A DNA stretch of 46,457 nucleotides, taken from NCBI GenBank assembly GCA_026328835.1, contig GCA_026328835.1_4850.1. One strand, given 5' to 3'. The notes below the pieces were generated by a model. It did not search any database. It worked only from the letters and a program-made list of their open reading frames with translations, and was not told the origin of the DNA. The position numbers and the translations under genes are program-made. Position 1 is the stretch's first letter, and the number at the start of each line of letters is the position of its first letter. This document shows, piece after piece, positions 17,573 through 30,711 of this stretch. The stretch is from a phage.

Positions 17573-20058
17573 TGGCTGAAGAAGTCGGCGGAATTGTCTA
17601 TGAAGTCGGGATGGATGTATCAGGACTGACGACTGGCGGGCAAAAGGTAAACAAGGTTCTTCAGGAGATTGAGAAATCAATTGATGAGTCAATTGCTGGG
17701 ATAAATAAACTTGACACGGGACTAAAAAACACCGCATCGACAGTTGAGAAATCTGGCAGGAGTTTCTCCAGTTTAAATAACGCCATGCGACAGGGTGGCT
17801 ACCAGATTCAGGACTTTGTAGTTCAGGTGCAGAGTGGACAATCAGCACTTGTTGCTTTAAGTCAACAAGGTAGCCAGTTATTAAGCGTCTTTGGTTCTGG
17901 TGGTGCGGTTGCCGGTGCATTGTTAACCATCGGTACGGTAATCGTTGGCTCATTAATTGCCGGCATGGATAACGCAACCGTTTCCACAAAGGCGCTCACC
18001 GCCGCACAGCAGAGACTTGCTGACATATTCCAGCTTTCTGCTAATGGGGTTGTCGTTCTCTCTGACAAGTTTGCAACACTGGCTAAACAGTCAGAAAACG
18101 CCGCCAGAGCACAGTTAACAATGGCTCTGATTGATGCAAACAACATCATCAAGGCTTCAGTGCAGGGCGTCAATGAGCTTGGCGACGCACTTGGCTCGTG
18201 GAAAGCACCACTATCCGCCGCCATAAGTCAACTTGACACGCTGAAAGCAAGAGGTATCGATGTAAACGCAGCGCTAAAGAACCTTGGCGGGACATATGAG
18301 GGTAATATTCTCGGACTAAACCAACTCAATCAGGTGGTAAAAAGTCTGGCTGATGAGTTTGGCATAAGCGCAGATGACGCCCTGAAACTGGTTGAAGCTC
18401 TGGCAGCCGTAAGAAAAAATGCCAATCCTGAAACAATAGCGGAGTTGCGCGACCTGACTGTTGACCTTAGTCAGAAATATGGATATGCAAACAAGTCACT
18501 ATCTGAGCTTACTGGCAAGGTTGGCGAGTATTCAATTTCGGCAGATCAGGCAGCAGAATCTACAAAGCTGGCTACCGATATGCTGAACGGGCACAAAGTA
18601 GCTTCAGAAGAGGATGCGAGAGCCACTGAAGAAAACACGAAAAGGCTTCAGGCTTACATCCAGTCGATTAAGGAAGAAGGTGAAACCATCGCCTTTACAG
18701 CAAGACAAAAGGCACTGTACAGAGCTGAACAGCTTGGGGCAAGTGATGCAGACAAGCAAACAATCAACTCGTCATTCGACAAGATAGAGGCATACAAGGC
18801 TGAGCTTGCTGCAAAAAAAGAGCAGGAAAAGCAAGACAAAAAACGCATAGCTGCGTCAACAAAGCAAGCCAACCTTGAAGAGTCGGTAGCACAAAAGCTG
18901 GAGAAATTACGCCAGCAAACCATGCTTAATGCCACATCTACCAGCGAACTCTCCCGCGAGCAAGCAATCCTCAACGCACAGCAATCGCTTGGCAAAGCTG
19001 CAACTCAGGAGCAGATAAAACTGGCTGGCGAGTACGCTGCGAAGATTTGGGACCAGAAGAATGCACTGAAGGAGCAAGCGGCAGCGGAGAAGGAAAGGCA
19101 GCGTATAGAGAAATCATATCAGGGGTTGCGCGCCATTGCGTCGCCAACCACTGGCATTGACAGTGAATACCAGCAACGTATGGCTGACCTTGACGCCTAC
19201 GCCGCAGCATATCCGCAGAAAATCACGGAGATTGAACAAACTCGCGCAGCAATTGAAGCACAATATCGCCAGCAGAGAATGGACGCCATGTGGGCTGAAT
19301 GGCAGCAACAAAGCCTCGGTGCGCAGCTTTTCGGCACTGCTCTTGATTCAGCGATGAGCGCGGCATCAAACAGCATCACCGGATTGCTGACGGGCACAAT
19401 GAGCGTGCAGGATGCAATGCGCAGCCTAGGCTCTACGGTGCTTAACTCTCTGGTAAATAGTTTCGTCGAAATGGGCGTTCAGTGGGTTAAATCTGCAGTT
19501 ATGGGACAGACTGCGCAGGTTGCGGCTACGGCAACCACAACAGCAGCGCAAACGGCTGGACTGGCAACCACAACAGCAGCATCCACTGCGGCGGCAGCAA
19601 CCACTACGGCAGCATGGACTCCCGCAGCAATCGTCGCATCAATCGGTTCATTCGGTGGTGCAGCAGCAATTGGTGTAGGTGCCGTTCTCGGAGCGCTGGC
19701 GATGGGTATCGCTGGCAAGCGAAAAAATGGTGGGCCTGTTAGTGCCGGAAGTATGTACGAAGTGGGCGAGGGAAACGCCCCAGAAATATTCCAGGCCAGC
19801 ACAGGCAGGCAATACATGATACCTGGCAACTCAGGAAAGGTTATCAGCAATAAGGATATTTCCGGTGGAGTGGGTGGTGTTGTTGTTTATAATAATGTTT
19901 ACAATAATTCAAGCAATGCTAGCGCAACAAGCAGAGCCACTGATAACGGTGATGGTTCGATAACTATTGAGACATTTATATCCGATATGAATGAAGGCGG
20001 ACCGATGAGCCAATCTATCTCAAGAAACTTTAATACCAACAGGAGGGCAACAGAGTAA
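17572..20058 (+). CDS. tail tape measure protein
   Basis: 828 aa; long helical region; Ala/Thr-rich hydrophobic segment; RBS GAGGAA. Confidence 0.85.
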   Translation: MAEEVGGIVYEVGMDVSGLTTGGQKVNKVLQEIEKSIDESIAGINKLDTGLKNTASTVEKSGRSFSSLNNAMRQGGYQIQDFVVQVQSGQSALVALSQQGSQLLSVFGSGGAVAGALLTIGTVIVGSLIAGMDNATVSTKALTAAQQRLADIFQLSANGVVVLSDKFATLAKQSENAARAQLTMALIDANNIIKASVQGVNELGDALGSWKAPLSAAISQLDTLKARGIDVNAALKNLGGTYEGNILGLNQLNQVVKSLADEFGISADDALKLVEALAAVRKNANPETIAELRDLTVDLSQKYGYANKSLSELTGKVGEYSISADQAAESTKLATDMLNGHKVASEEDARATEENTKRLQAYIQSIKEEGETIAFTARQKALYRAEQLGASDADKQTINSSFDKIEAYKAELAAKKEQEKQDKKRIAASTKQANLEESVAQKLEKLRQQTMLNATSTSELSREQAILNAQQSLGKAATQEQIKLAGEYAAKIWDQKNALKEQAAAEKERQRIEKSYQGLRAIASPTTGIDSEYQQRMADLDAYAAAYPQKITEIEQTRAAIEAQYRQQRMDAMWAEWQQQSLGAQLFGTALDSAMSAASNSITGLLTGTMSVQDAMRSLGSTVLNSLVNSFVEMGVQWVKSAVMGQTAQVAATATTTAAQTAGLATTTAASTAAAATTTAAWTPAAIVASIGSFGGAAAIGVGAVLGALAMGIAGKRKNGGPVSAGSMYEVGEGNAPEIFQASTGRQYMIPGNSGKVISNKDISGGVGGVVVYNNVYNNSSNASATSRATDNGDGSITIETFISDMNEGGPMSQSISRNFNTNRRATE

Positions 20059-20061
20059 AAA

Positions 20062-20085
20062 ATAAGCCCCTCACGGGGCTTTGTT
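20062..20085. terminator. rho-independent terminator
   Basis: aagcccc-tcac-ggggctt stem-loop. Confidence 0.6.
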
Positions 20086-20949
20086 CATTATCTCGTCCAT
20101 TAATTCAGGTGAATATTTAAGCCACTCCGTTGCGCCATCAAACCCTGTCAGTCCTGCACTTTCGTATTTCTTATGATAGTACCTTTCAATAGCAAGAGCA
20201 TCACAACCTATTGTCTTTATTTTTGATATGACGTGAAAATCAAATGGTGTGTTTTTCTTTAACTGACAAACTCTACGCCTAAGATTGTTAGTGATCCCAA
20301 CTTTAATTTCGTTTCCTGAGAACAAGAAGTAAACAAAGGCCTTTTCTTTCAGCTTGAAACCTCCCTTGGAGCAATGAGGGCAACCTTGCCCTTGGAGATG
20401 CTTATCTGGCGTCTTTGTAAACCACCCATGCTCTGGGCATTTTATTCTCATTTTTGTTGTCACATTAATGTATGACAAGCAATCATAATGGTACTTATTC
20501 CCATGAATTATAATGGCATCTTTCTTGAACTTATTGAACCCCTTAGTTACAGATGCTGTAATTTTCTCCCTTGCGCAAACAGGGCAACCACACCCATTAA
20601 GGTGGCTGTTGGCCTCCTGAGAAAACTCAAAGTTATGTACTTTGCATATTATTTTTACTTTCTTGTGACCACCTTTGTATTCAACTTTAGAATAATCATA
20701 AGAGTCACCATGCTTTGCAATCGCATCAGCCACAAATTCACGCGTTGTTTTCTTCTTATTTCCAGAGCAAGAAGGGCATCCAGCTCCATTCAAATGAGAG
20801 TTTGGAGTCTGCTCAAATAGCCCATGCTTACGGCATGTTATCTTTACCTTTATCGAACTTTTTATATAAGAAACAGCATCATAAAGATATTTATCACCAT
20901 GAATATCTCTGGCTTTTATAATAAATTCTTCAGCGGTTGACTTGCTCAT
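20071..20949 (-). CDS. putative nuclease: three tandem Cys/His zinc-ribbon repeats plus T5orf172 (GIY-YIG-like) C-terminal domain
   Basis: three ~65-aa repeats HG.KY.Y...C..HG.F...P..HL.G.GCP.C; C-terminal VYFLF..NEIKVGIT.NL.RR...EWL. Confidence 0.55.
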   Translation of the reverse strand: MSKSTAEEFIIKARDIHGDKYLYDAVSYIKSSIKVKITCRKHGLFEQTPNSHLNGAGCPSCSGNKKKTTREFVADAIAKHGDSYDYSKVEYKGGHKKVKIICKVHNFEFSQEANSHLNGCGCPVCAREKITASVTKGFNKFKKDAIIIHGNKYHYDCLSYINVTTKMRIKCPEHGWFTKTPDKHLQGQGCPHCSKGGFKLKEKAFVYFLFSGNEIKVGITNNLRRRVCQLKKNTPFDFHVISKIKTIGCDALAIERYYHKKYESAGLTGFDGATEWLKYSPELMDEIMNKAP

Positions 20950-21086
20950 GATTGAATCCTCGGTTAAAGGTGGTTTGAAGTGATGCAGCAGGCGATAACC
21001 AATCGCTTTTCATCTGGCCGGACTAGCTGCACTTATGATTGTACCATCAGCGTGCTAAAATACAACAACACAAGATGGAGACTATC

Positions 21087-22451
21087 ATGGCCATAATACC
21101 CTATCCAAGCTGGTTGCCTTTAGCTCAGAGGGCCAGCAAGAATTTGACATTTCAAACCCCATTCAGACAGGATGTTCCTGCTGTTGGCGCACCTATTTTT
21201 CAAAAATTAACGACTGATATAAGTTCGCAGTGGTCACTGACGTGGAAGTTTACACTGGCGGAAGAACGTGCATTTATCCAGTGGTTGCGCAGCTCACGCT
21301 ACCTGAATAAGTGCAATAACTGGTTTACCATGATGATTGACCTCGGCGGCAGCGGATTGCAGGAGCAGACGCTGCATTTTACCGATTATCCAGTGCAAAC
21401 CAGTATCGATGGTGGCGTTGTTACATGGACTGGTAACGTTATTGCTAAAAAACTCAACAACACGATGGATGAGTTTGATGATGTCCTGGTCGAACTGGAT
21501 TACAGATGGTACAGCTGGCTGGATGAAGTTGTTAACCGTGAACTTCCGCAAGTATATATGACACCAATATTGCATATGCCAATTAACATGCTGTCATCCA
21601 CGCTTGATAGCCGCATTGTGTATGATGGACCACAGGTTTATTACATCAACAGAAACGGTAATCTTGTGCAGTCCGCCGTCAATGAATGGCCTCTTACGTT
21701 TATTGACGGGGTCGCTGTCGGGCGTGTACCGCCGGAAAATGTCCGCGTTAATTTCGCAGTAAATAACGCTGACATATCCAGCGCCGCATGGGTGAAGATT
21801 AATATGTCTGTTTCTGAATATGACACCATCACCGGAGGGTATGCCCTAACCCCGACCACAAAAAATGGCACGCACAATTTAAACCAAACTGTGACAAACA
21901 CGACGCACCAGGTAGGTAGTTTGGTTACAGTTAGTTACATGGTCAAGGCTAACGGCTATGATTTCTTCCGCGTAAGAGTAGCTGACAGTTTAGGCTTCCT
22001 GGGGGATGTAGTAATAAACTCTACTTCAGGGGAGGTTGTTAGCGGCTATGGTGTGTCAACAGTACAAAATCTTGGAGGTGGACTGTTTCGGGTTACCAAA
22101 ACAGTAACAATACGGGTGGGTGGAACAACAAGTATACTTATGCAGTGTTTTGTGGACGCCGACGGGTTGAAGTCAACCTATCCTGGAGACGGGGTCAGCG
22201 GTGCGGTTATTTTGCTGCCACAAATAGAAAAATCTTCATTCGCTACGTCACCAATAGTAACTGACGCATCGCCATCTACACGCCCGGCGGCATCCGCAAA
22301 AGTAGCAATGAACGGCGCAACAAGCATCGACATTGCCTATTCAGACGGCTCCATAGTGAACGTTCCGGCGGTTGACGATTATGCAACCATCCCACAGGCT
22401 GATTCAGCGTGGGGAAGTAAGTACATCACAACAATAAAATTCAACGTCTGA
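21087..22451 (+). CDS. minor tail protein (distal tail protein-like with C-terminal extension)
   Basis: ATG 21087 with GGAG RBS preferred; position between tape measure and L-like gene. Confidence 0.45.
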   Translation: MAIIPYPSWLPLAQRASKNLTFQTPFRQDVPAVGAPIFQKLTTDISSQWSLTWKFTLAEERAFIQWLRSSRYLNKCNNWFTMMIDLGGSGLQEQTLHFTDYPVQTSIDGGVVTWTGNVIAKKLNNTMDEFDDVLVELDYRWYSWLDEVVNRELPQVYMTPILHMPINMLSSTLDSRIVYDGPQVYYINRNGNLVQSAVNEWPLTFIDGVAVGRVPPENVRVNFAVNNADISSAAWVKINMSVSEYDTITGGYALTPTTKNGTHNLNQTVTNTTHQVGSLVTVSYMVKANGYDFFRVRVADSLGFLGDVVINSTSGEVVSGYGVSTVQNLGGGLFRVTKTVTIRVGGTTSILMQCFVDADGLKSTYPGDGVSGAVILLPQIEKSSFATSPIVTDASPSTRPAASAKVAMNGATSIDIAYSDGSIVNVPAVDDYATIPQADSAWGSKYITTIKFNV

Positions 22452-22457
22452 CAGTAA

Positions 22458-25795
<3,338 letters not shown>

Positions 25796-25834
25796 TACAA
25801 TATACATCAAATTCACAAAGGAGCATTTACTATA

Positions 25835-27820
25835 ATGGCTACCGTACCAACCAACAAACCAATTCCGTCTGAAGACCCGCGAGACCTGAAGTTTAATGCC
25901 GGAAAAATTGACGAGGTAGTGACATCTGAAGCACATTACTACAACGATCGCTTTGGCGTGCGCCGCTGGACTATTGCTGGATTCCAGCACACAGCAGAAG
26001 AAGCTATCCGCAACTATGGTTACATCACGATGGACAGCTTTGAAGATGGAGCGACACTAACGCTACCTAATCAGGTGCTGCGCTATGAGGCTACTGGCGA
26101 ATATTACCGTTGGGATGGGGAGTTTCCAAAAACAGTGCCTGCAGGTTCAACCCCTGAAACATCTGGTGGCATTGGTCTTGGTGCGTGGGTCAGTGTTGGT
26201 GATGCGTCTTTAAAGACCATGCTTTATGGGTGGCAGGGCTACTCATTCATTGACGGTGGTAACTTATCATTATACAAAAAGAAAGGCATCTTTGGTGATT
26301 CAGGGGTAATTCAAAACAAATATGAAGTAATTAAATATTCTGATGGGTTTTGGTATAAATATAACAACTCATTGCCATTCTCTTACGGTTCATCCCCTGA
26401 TTCCAATTGGACTAACGTAGGCAAGCTGAATGGGTTTGACGAGAATACCCCAGATAATTTCGGGGCGGTTGTAAATGACAGTACGTATGACTGCCTTGAC
26501 GCCATTAACAAGGCAATGGCTACTGGATTTTTACGACTCACTGCTGGTGCCACTTATTTTGTTAGCGATGAAGTTGTTATCCCATCTAATTTAGTGATGG
26601 AAACAAACGGCGCAACTATTAAAGCGATGAGTGGATATTCATGGGGTGGAAAGGCTGTAGTTAGAGCCAGCAAAAAACCAGTAGGGACATCTCCGGACCT
26701 TTCATTGCCTGAACAACAAGTTCGTGGAATTAGGCACGTTGGTACATTAAATATTGATGCTAACAATGTTGCGCCTTACGGTTTTTATGGTTTTGGTGTA
26801 GTCGCAGAATCTGCCACAGACATTATATATGCTTATAATGCCACAGAAGTTGGAATTGTACTTCTTGGGAGTTGGTATCATAAAGTAAACCAATATATGG
26901 CGATTGATTGTGCAAGAGGTGTATCTCTGGCGCATGGTTTCTCAGGTGAAACAGGAGACGTAAACGTTAATGGTGTTGAATTTGGTGTCGTCGCTGCGTA
27001 TAACACATCAAAATCTTTGTCCTATGGGTATGACCCGTATTCATCATCTTTAACCCCACAGCTCATAGGTGCTGGTGTCACTCTCGGGCAAGGACTGGCA
27101 TCAAGAATAGGAACATTAATAGCTGAAACTACAGCAGGCGCTGGTTTAGCTACTGTTAACGCTGTTAGTTGGTCTGTTGGTTCTATGTACTTCGAAAAAT
27201 GCAGTGAAGCGCTTGAAGATAGCGCAGAGCCTGATATTGCGATATTATCAACTACAGGAAATGTCGAGGACCACGTATTTGACGTAGGTAATATCCATTT
27301 CGGCATAGGGACTGGTATACTGCAAAGAGCAACGGCAAGTGAGTTTCTCAACATCCAGTCCATATACCGTATGGACAATAAAAAAACATGGCATAGTTTT
27401 TCAAAGGCGTCTTCAAGTTTTGTAAATTTCGTAAACTATTACGTTCTCAACCCTTATGATTACGTTAAACCTGTTCAACTGACTCATGACGTAGGCAAAG
27501 AGGTCGTCAGTTCATCGTCAATGCTTAACTTTAAGGATTTTTCAAATACGCCAATTATACCTTTTGTATACACCGGAGGTGAGATAGCGATTCACGTTTC
27601 CATTTCTTACGGCAGTGTATTATCTACTGAATTTCAGGTAACTTCTGATTCAGGAATAGAATACATCACATGCACTGGATCACCTTTTCAGTTTAACCTT
27701 ACGCAGCCAAGGACAGTAGGTAATACCTATACTGTGACGTTATCAACTGCGAAATCAGCAGCTTCTGGTCAAGGGGCGATACATATACTGAAACAAAAAC
27801 CAAGTCAATGGCTTAGGTAA
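25835..27820 (+). CDS. tailspike / tail fiber with beta-helix depolymerase-like domain
   Basis: 661 aa; N-terminal anchor domain then DNFGAVVNDSTYDCLDAINKAMA (pectate-lyase-like start) and Gly/Val-rich beta-repeat region. Confidence 0.65.
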   Translation: MATVPTNKPIPSEDPRDLKFNAGKIDEVVTSEAHYYNDRFGVRRWTIAGFQHTAEEAIRNYGYITMDSFEDGATLTLPNQVLRYEATGEYYRWDGEFPKTVPAGSTPETSGGIGLGAWVSVGDASLKTMLYGWQGYSFIDGGNLSLYKKKGIFGDSGVIQNKYEVIKYSDGFWYKYNNSLPFSYGSSPDSNWTNVGKLNGFDENTPDNFGAVVNDSTYDCLDAINKAMATGFLRLTAGATYFVSDEVVIPSNLVMETNGATIKAMSGYSWGGKAVVRASKKPVGTSPDLSLPEQQVRGIRHVGTLNIDANNVAPYGFYGFGVVAESATDIIYAYNATEVGIVLLGSWYHKVNQYMAIDCARGVSLAHGFSGETGDVNVNGVEFGVVAAYNTSKSLSYGYDPYSSSLTPQLIGAGVTLGQGLASRIGTLIAETTAGAGLATVNAVSWSVGSMYFEKCSEALEDSAEPDIAILSTTGNVEDHVFDVGNIHFGIGTGILQRATASEFLNIQSIYRMDNKKTWHSFSKASSSFVNFVNYYVLNPYDYVKPVQLTHDVGKEVVSSSSMLNFKDFSNTPIIPFVYTGGEIAIHVSISYGSVLSTEFQVTSDSGIEYITCTGSPFQFNLTQPRTVGNTYTVTLSTAKSAASGQGAIHILKQKPSQWLR

Positions 27821-27822
27821 AA

Positions 27823-27853
27823 CAAAACCCCGCTTCTGCGGGGTTAGTTTTAT
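27823..27853. terminator. bidirectional rho-independent terminator
   Basis: aaccccgc-ttct-gcggggtt between convergent genes. Confidence 0.7.
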
Positions 27854-27855
27854 CA

Positions 27856-28344
27856 TCAGAAGGGTATTGAATCATCGAGGTCCATCGGAGGCTCGTTTCC
27901 TCCTTGCTGTGTCTGTTGTTTTGGCGATTGCTGTTGTTGTTGCTGTTGCGGTTGTTGTCCTGATTGCTGGCGTGGTTGCTGACAAGAATCATCACGTTTA
28001 CCGCCAAGCATCTGCATAACGCCACCCATCTGCGGAATGACAATCTCAGTGGTGTATTTATCCACTCCGTTGCTGTCAGTCCACTTACGAGTGCGTAGCT
28101 GTCCTTCGATATAAACCTGCGAACCTTTGCGAAGGTATTCTCCTGCTACTTCTGCAAGTTTTCCGAAGATGACCACGCGATGCCACTCGGTCTGTTCTTT
28201 CTTTTCTCCTGTTTGCTTGTCTTTCCACTGCTCAGATGTTGCAACGGAAAGATTGGCAATTGCAGAGCATGATGCTGAATATTTAACTTCAGGGTCGTTT
28301 CCGAGAGTGCCGACAATAATTACTTTGTTTACGCCGCGTGCCAT
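27856..28344 (-). CDS. ssb: single-stranded DNA-binding protein
   Basis: OB-fold start [20 protein letters not shown], Gln-rich linker, acidic tail DDDIPF. Confidence 0.9.
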   Translation of the reverse strand: MARGVNKVIIVGTLGNDPEVKYSASCSAIANLSVATSEQWKDKQTGEKKEQTEWHRVVIFGKLAEVAGEYLRKGSQVYIEGQLRTRKWTDSNGVDKYTTEIVIPQMGGVMQMLGGKRDDSCQQPRQQSGQQPQQQQQQQSPKQQTQQGGNEPPMDLDDSIPF

Positions 28345-28347
28345 TTA

Positions 28348-29007
28348 TTAAAATCCTTCAATTGGAGTTGGTTTATGTTCGGTTTTTTCTTCCTGCGGTT
28401 CTGGCTGTTGAGTTTGCGGTTTGGCCAGTTTCGCAGGGTTGAATGATTCGCCTGATACCATGAATTTTGCCTTCATCTCCTGATACGCTCCAACAATAAC
28501 GCGAGTTGCCGCATCATCACCACGAAACGCCTTGTATTCCTCGCCATAGATCGCTGTCAACTCTTCCATGCTGGATGCGTTGCGAATCAATGCGACAGCA
28601 TCTTTTGGAGATTTGCGAGCTGCATTACCGTCATCATCAGCTTGCGCAATACCAAACATTGCCGCGATAGAATATCTGCGTGCATATGTCATTGCGGAAC
28701 CGTATCCTTGCGCATCCTTCTTAGCTACTGGCATCGGCATCACTGATGACATGTACTCGCCAGATTCATGCATTATCGTTGTTTCAAGTTTAAGCACATC
28801 CATTGAATCACCATCAATGGCATTCTGGATGATTATAAGACCGTTAGCCTCAAGCGCTGGGCGTATTGCATCAAGAAACGACTCAAGGTTTGCGTAATTG
28901 CTTTTCAGGTGTGGGTTTTTGGCGTTTTTCTTTGCGCCGCTACTCATCACCTTACGAGCCTCAACCAGCGACTTAATCAGATTTGCTTTCTGTTCTGAAA
29001 AAATCAT
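28348..29007 (-). CDS. Erf-family single-strand annealing protein
   Basis: KSNYANLESF ... GSAMTYARRYS motifs; start ATG 29007 with GAGGTG RBS preferred. Confidence 0.65.
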   Translation of the reverse strand: MIFSEQKANLIKSLVEARKVMSSGAKKNAKNPHLKSNYANLESFLDAIRPALEANGLIIIQNAIDGDSMDVLKLETTIMHESGEYMSSVMPMPVAKKDAQGYGSAMTYARRYSIAAMFGIAQADDDGNAARKSPKDAVALIRNASSMEELTAIYGEEYKAFRGDDAATRVIVGAYQEMKAKFMVSGESFNPAKLAKPQTQQPEPQEEKTEHKPTPIEGF

Positions 29008-29024
29008 TTTCATCACCTCGCTAA

Positions 29025-29963
29025 TTATAAATTGAACTGCTTTTTGAACCATTCAGGAGTTTCCATTTCTATGACAGGATTGCCCATTGAATAACCCGGC
29101 CACGAATTGGCTTTTTTGCACGCCTTGTAAATTTCCATTGCGCCATGCAACTGAATTCGACCAATATGCAACTGCTCTTCCGTTAATCGAATTAACGCAG
29201 GAATAAACGGAGCTTTCTTTTCCTGCACAAGAAGATTGACAGATCGTGGCGGATGCGGATATGCCGCGCAAAACATGTCGTGTTGCATAGCCATTTTCAT
29301 AAAGTATCCAAGTCGCGCAGCATGGCGGAAAAACTCATCAGGCTTAGCGCTAACCGCCGTCTTATAGTCTATGATGTCACCACCTTTTGTCAGACAGTCA
29401 AAACGAACCTTTGCTTTTTCTCCGTTAAGTTCACCTAGAATTGACACTTCAGCATAAGCACCAGCAAGAAGGCTGCTGTAGTAGCTGTTTGCGTGTATTA
29501 CAGCACGCATTTGCTGAATTGCGTCATAATCATTACCTTCTAACATAATGCGACCATTGGCGTTAATTTCAGCAATAAGACGCTCTTCGTCGTAAATCTT
29601 CACTGGTTCACCAGTTGCACGAATGATTTTTATCACCTCAGCTTTCGACTTCCCTGATAGCCCTTTAATTCCGCGTTCTTTTGCCCATGAGTTCATATCG
29701 CTTACAGTAACAAGCAGATCCTCGCCGAAATCCTCTTTCGTCGGCATACGGGCATATTCTGCATCGAAGCGCTCAGGTTCAAGCAACGCGGTATGGCTGC
29801 CAGTTCCGAAGACAAGAGCTTTTGACTGCTCATCTTCTTCGTCTTTGTAGCGCCAAGCTGCGGGGCATCTGTCATATATGTTCCACAAACCAGAACCATT
29901 AATATGCTCTGTGTCGGCGTGGTATTGCTCGTTAGTTAATTCATTATTGAAATAGACTTTCAT
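29025..29963 (-). CDS. PD-(D/E)XK family exonuclease (RecE/YqaJ-like)
   Basis: 312 aa; GGDIIDYKT-type D/E-x-K motif; adjacent to Erf and SSB. Confidence 0.6.
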   Translation of the reverse strand: MKVYFNNELTNEQYHADTEHINGSGLWNIYDRCPAAWRYKDEEDEQSKALVFGTGSHTALLEPERFDAEYARMPTKEDFGEDLLVTVSDMNSWAKERGIKGLSGKSKAEVIKIIRATGEPVKIYDEERLIAEINANGRIMLEGNDYDAIQQMRAVIHANSYYSSLLAGAYAEVSILGELNGEKAKVRFDCLTKGGDIIDYKTAVSAKPDEFFRHAARLGYFMKMAMQHDMFCAAYPHPPRSVNLLVQEKKAPFIPALIRLTEEQLHIGRIQLHGAMEIYKACKKANSWPGYSMGNPVIEMETPEWFKKQFNL

Positions 29964-30244
29964 TTTCCATCCTTAGCGATGCGAATAGCCGCATCAATAC
30001 CTGAAGTTTTAATCTGAGGAAAATCTTTTTCCTTTGAAGCAAATACCGTGAGGGTTGATGGATAAAAACTAACTCTTCGAACTCCACCAAGAATAGTCAA
30101 ATGCCTTACCTCACTATCATGCTCACTATTGTTTTCATGTTCATAAACGGAAAGCCCACAAGAAACTATCTTCTCAATAGCATCGCGAACTTGCATTTTT
30201 GCTTTCTTTTTCACTGTTTTAGTTTTACTCATGATTAACCTCAC
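29960..30244 (-). CDS. hypothetical protein
   Basis: 94-aa ORF; ATGA overlap with exonuclease start. Confidence 0.45.
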   Translation of the reverse strand: MRLIMSKTKTVKKKAKMQVRDAIEKIVSCGLSVYEHENNSEHDSEVRHLTILGGVRRVSFYPSTLTVFASKEKDFPQIKTSGIDAAIRIAKDGK

Positions 30245-30279
30245 TCATCATCACGTAAATGAATCTACATCAATCTACG

Positions 30280-30711
30280 TCATTCATCAAGTCCAAAATA
30301 GAATAAAGTTGCTTTTTTTAGTTCATCAAGACCGTAAGCGATGGCGGCATAATGACCAATCCTGCACATCTCAGTTAACACAGCGGATTGCTCTTTGCTA
30401 ACCCTGCTTTTGCTTTTATCGCGACGCTTTGCTTCAATCATCCCGCAACCGTGATTCGCACCCGGCGTCATTATCACATTGTCGCCTATTCCAGTCTTAA
30501 CCCCCATCTTCTGGCGCTTCAGCACAAACTGCACCCTGCTTGATGTGCCAGTTTCGTTGGGTACATGAAACCACAGAACATCAGGGAAGCGGTGTTGCAT
30601 CCATGTGCCGTAACCCATCTGGTCAGTCTCCTCCTTCGGACACTCCCCACGATAACCGCTATCAAATACCCATATACCGCTATCAAGCTGCTTCACTTTG
30701 CTCACCTGCAA
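30280..30711 (-). CDS. VRR-NUC domain nuclease
   Basis: GIGDNVIM...GCGMIEAK...S.EQ pattern; next to helicase. Confidence 0.6.
   Translation of the reverse strand: MQVSKVKQLDSGIWVFDSGYRGECPKEETDQMGYGTWMQHRFPDVLWFHVPNETGTSSRVQFVLKRQKMGVKTGIGDNVIMTPGANHGCGMIEAKRRDKSKSRVSKEQSAVLTEMCRIGHYAAIAYGLDELKKATLFYFGLDE

Noticed and set aside
17468-17989. 173-aa minus-strand ORF inside the tape measure gene
   Set aside because: Antisense to a long, well-supported gene; Pro/Gln/Arg-rich translation typical of shadow ORFs. The same applies to 17862-18224, 18654-18995 and 19479-19850.
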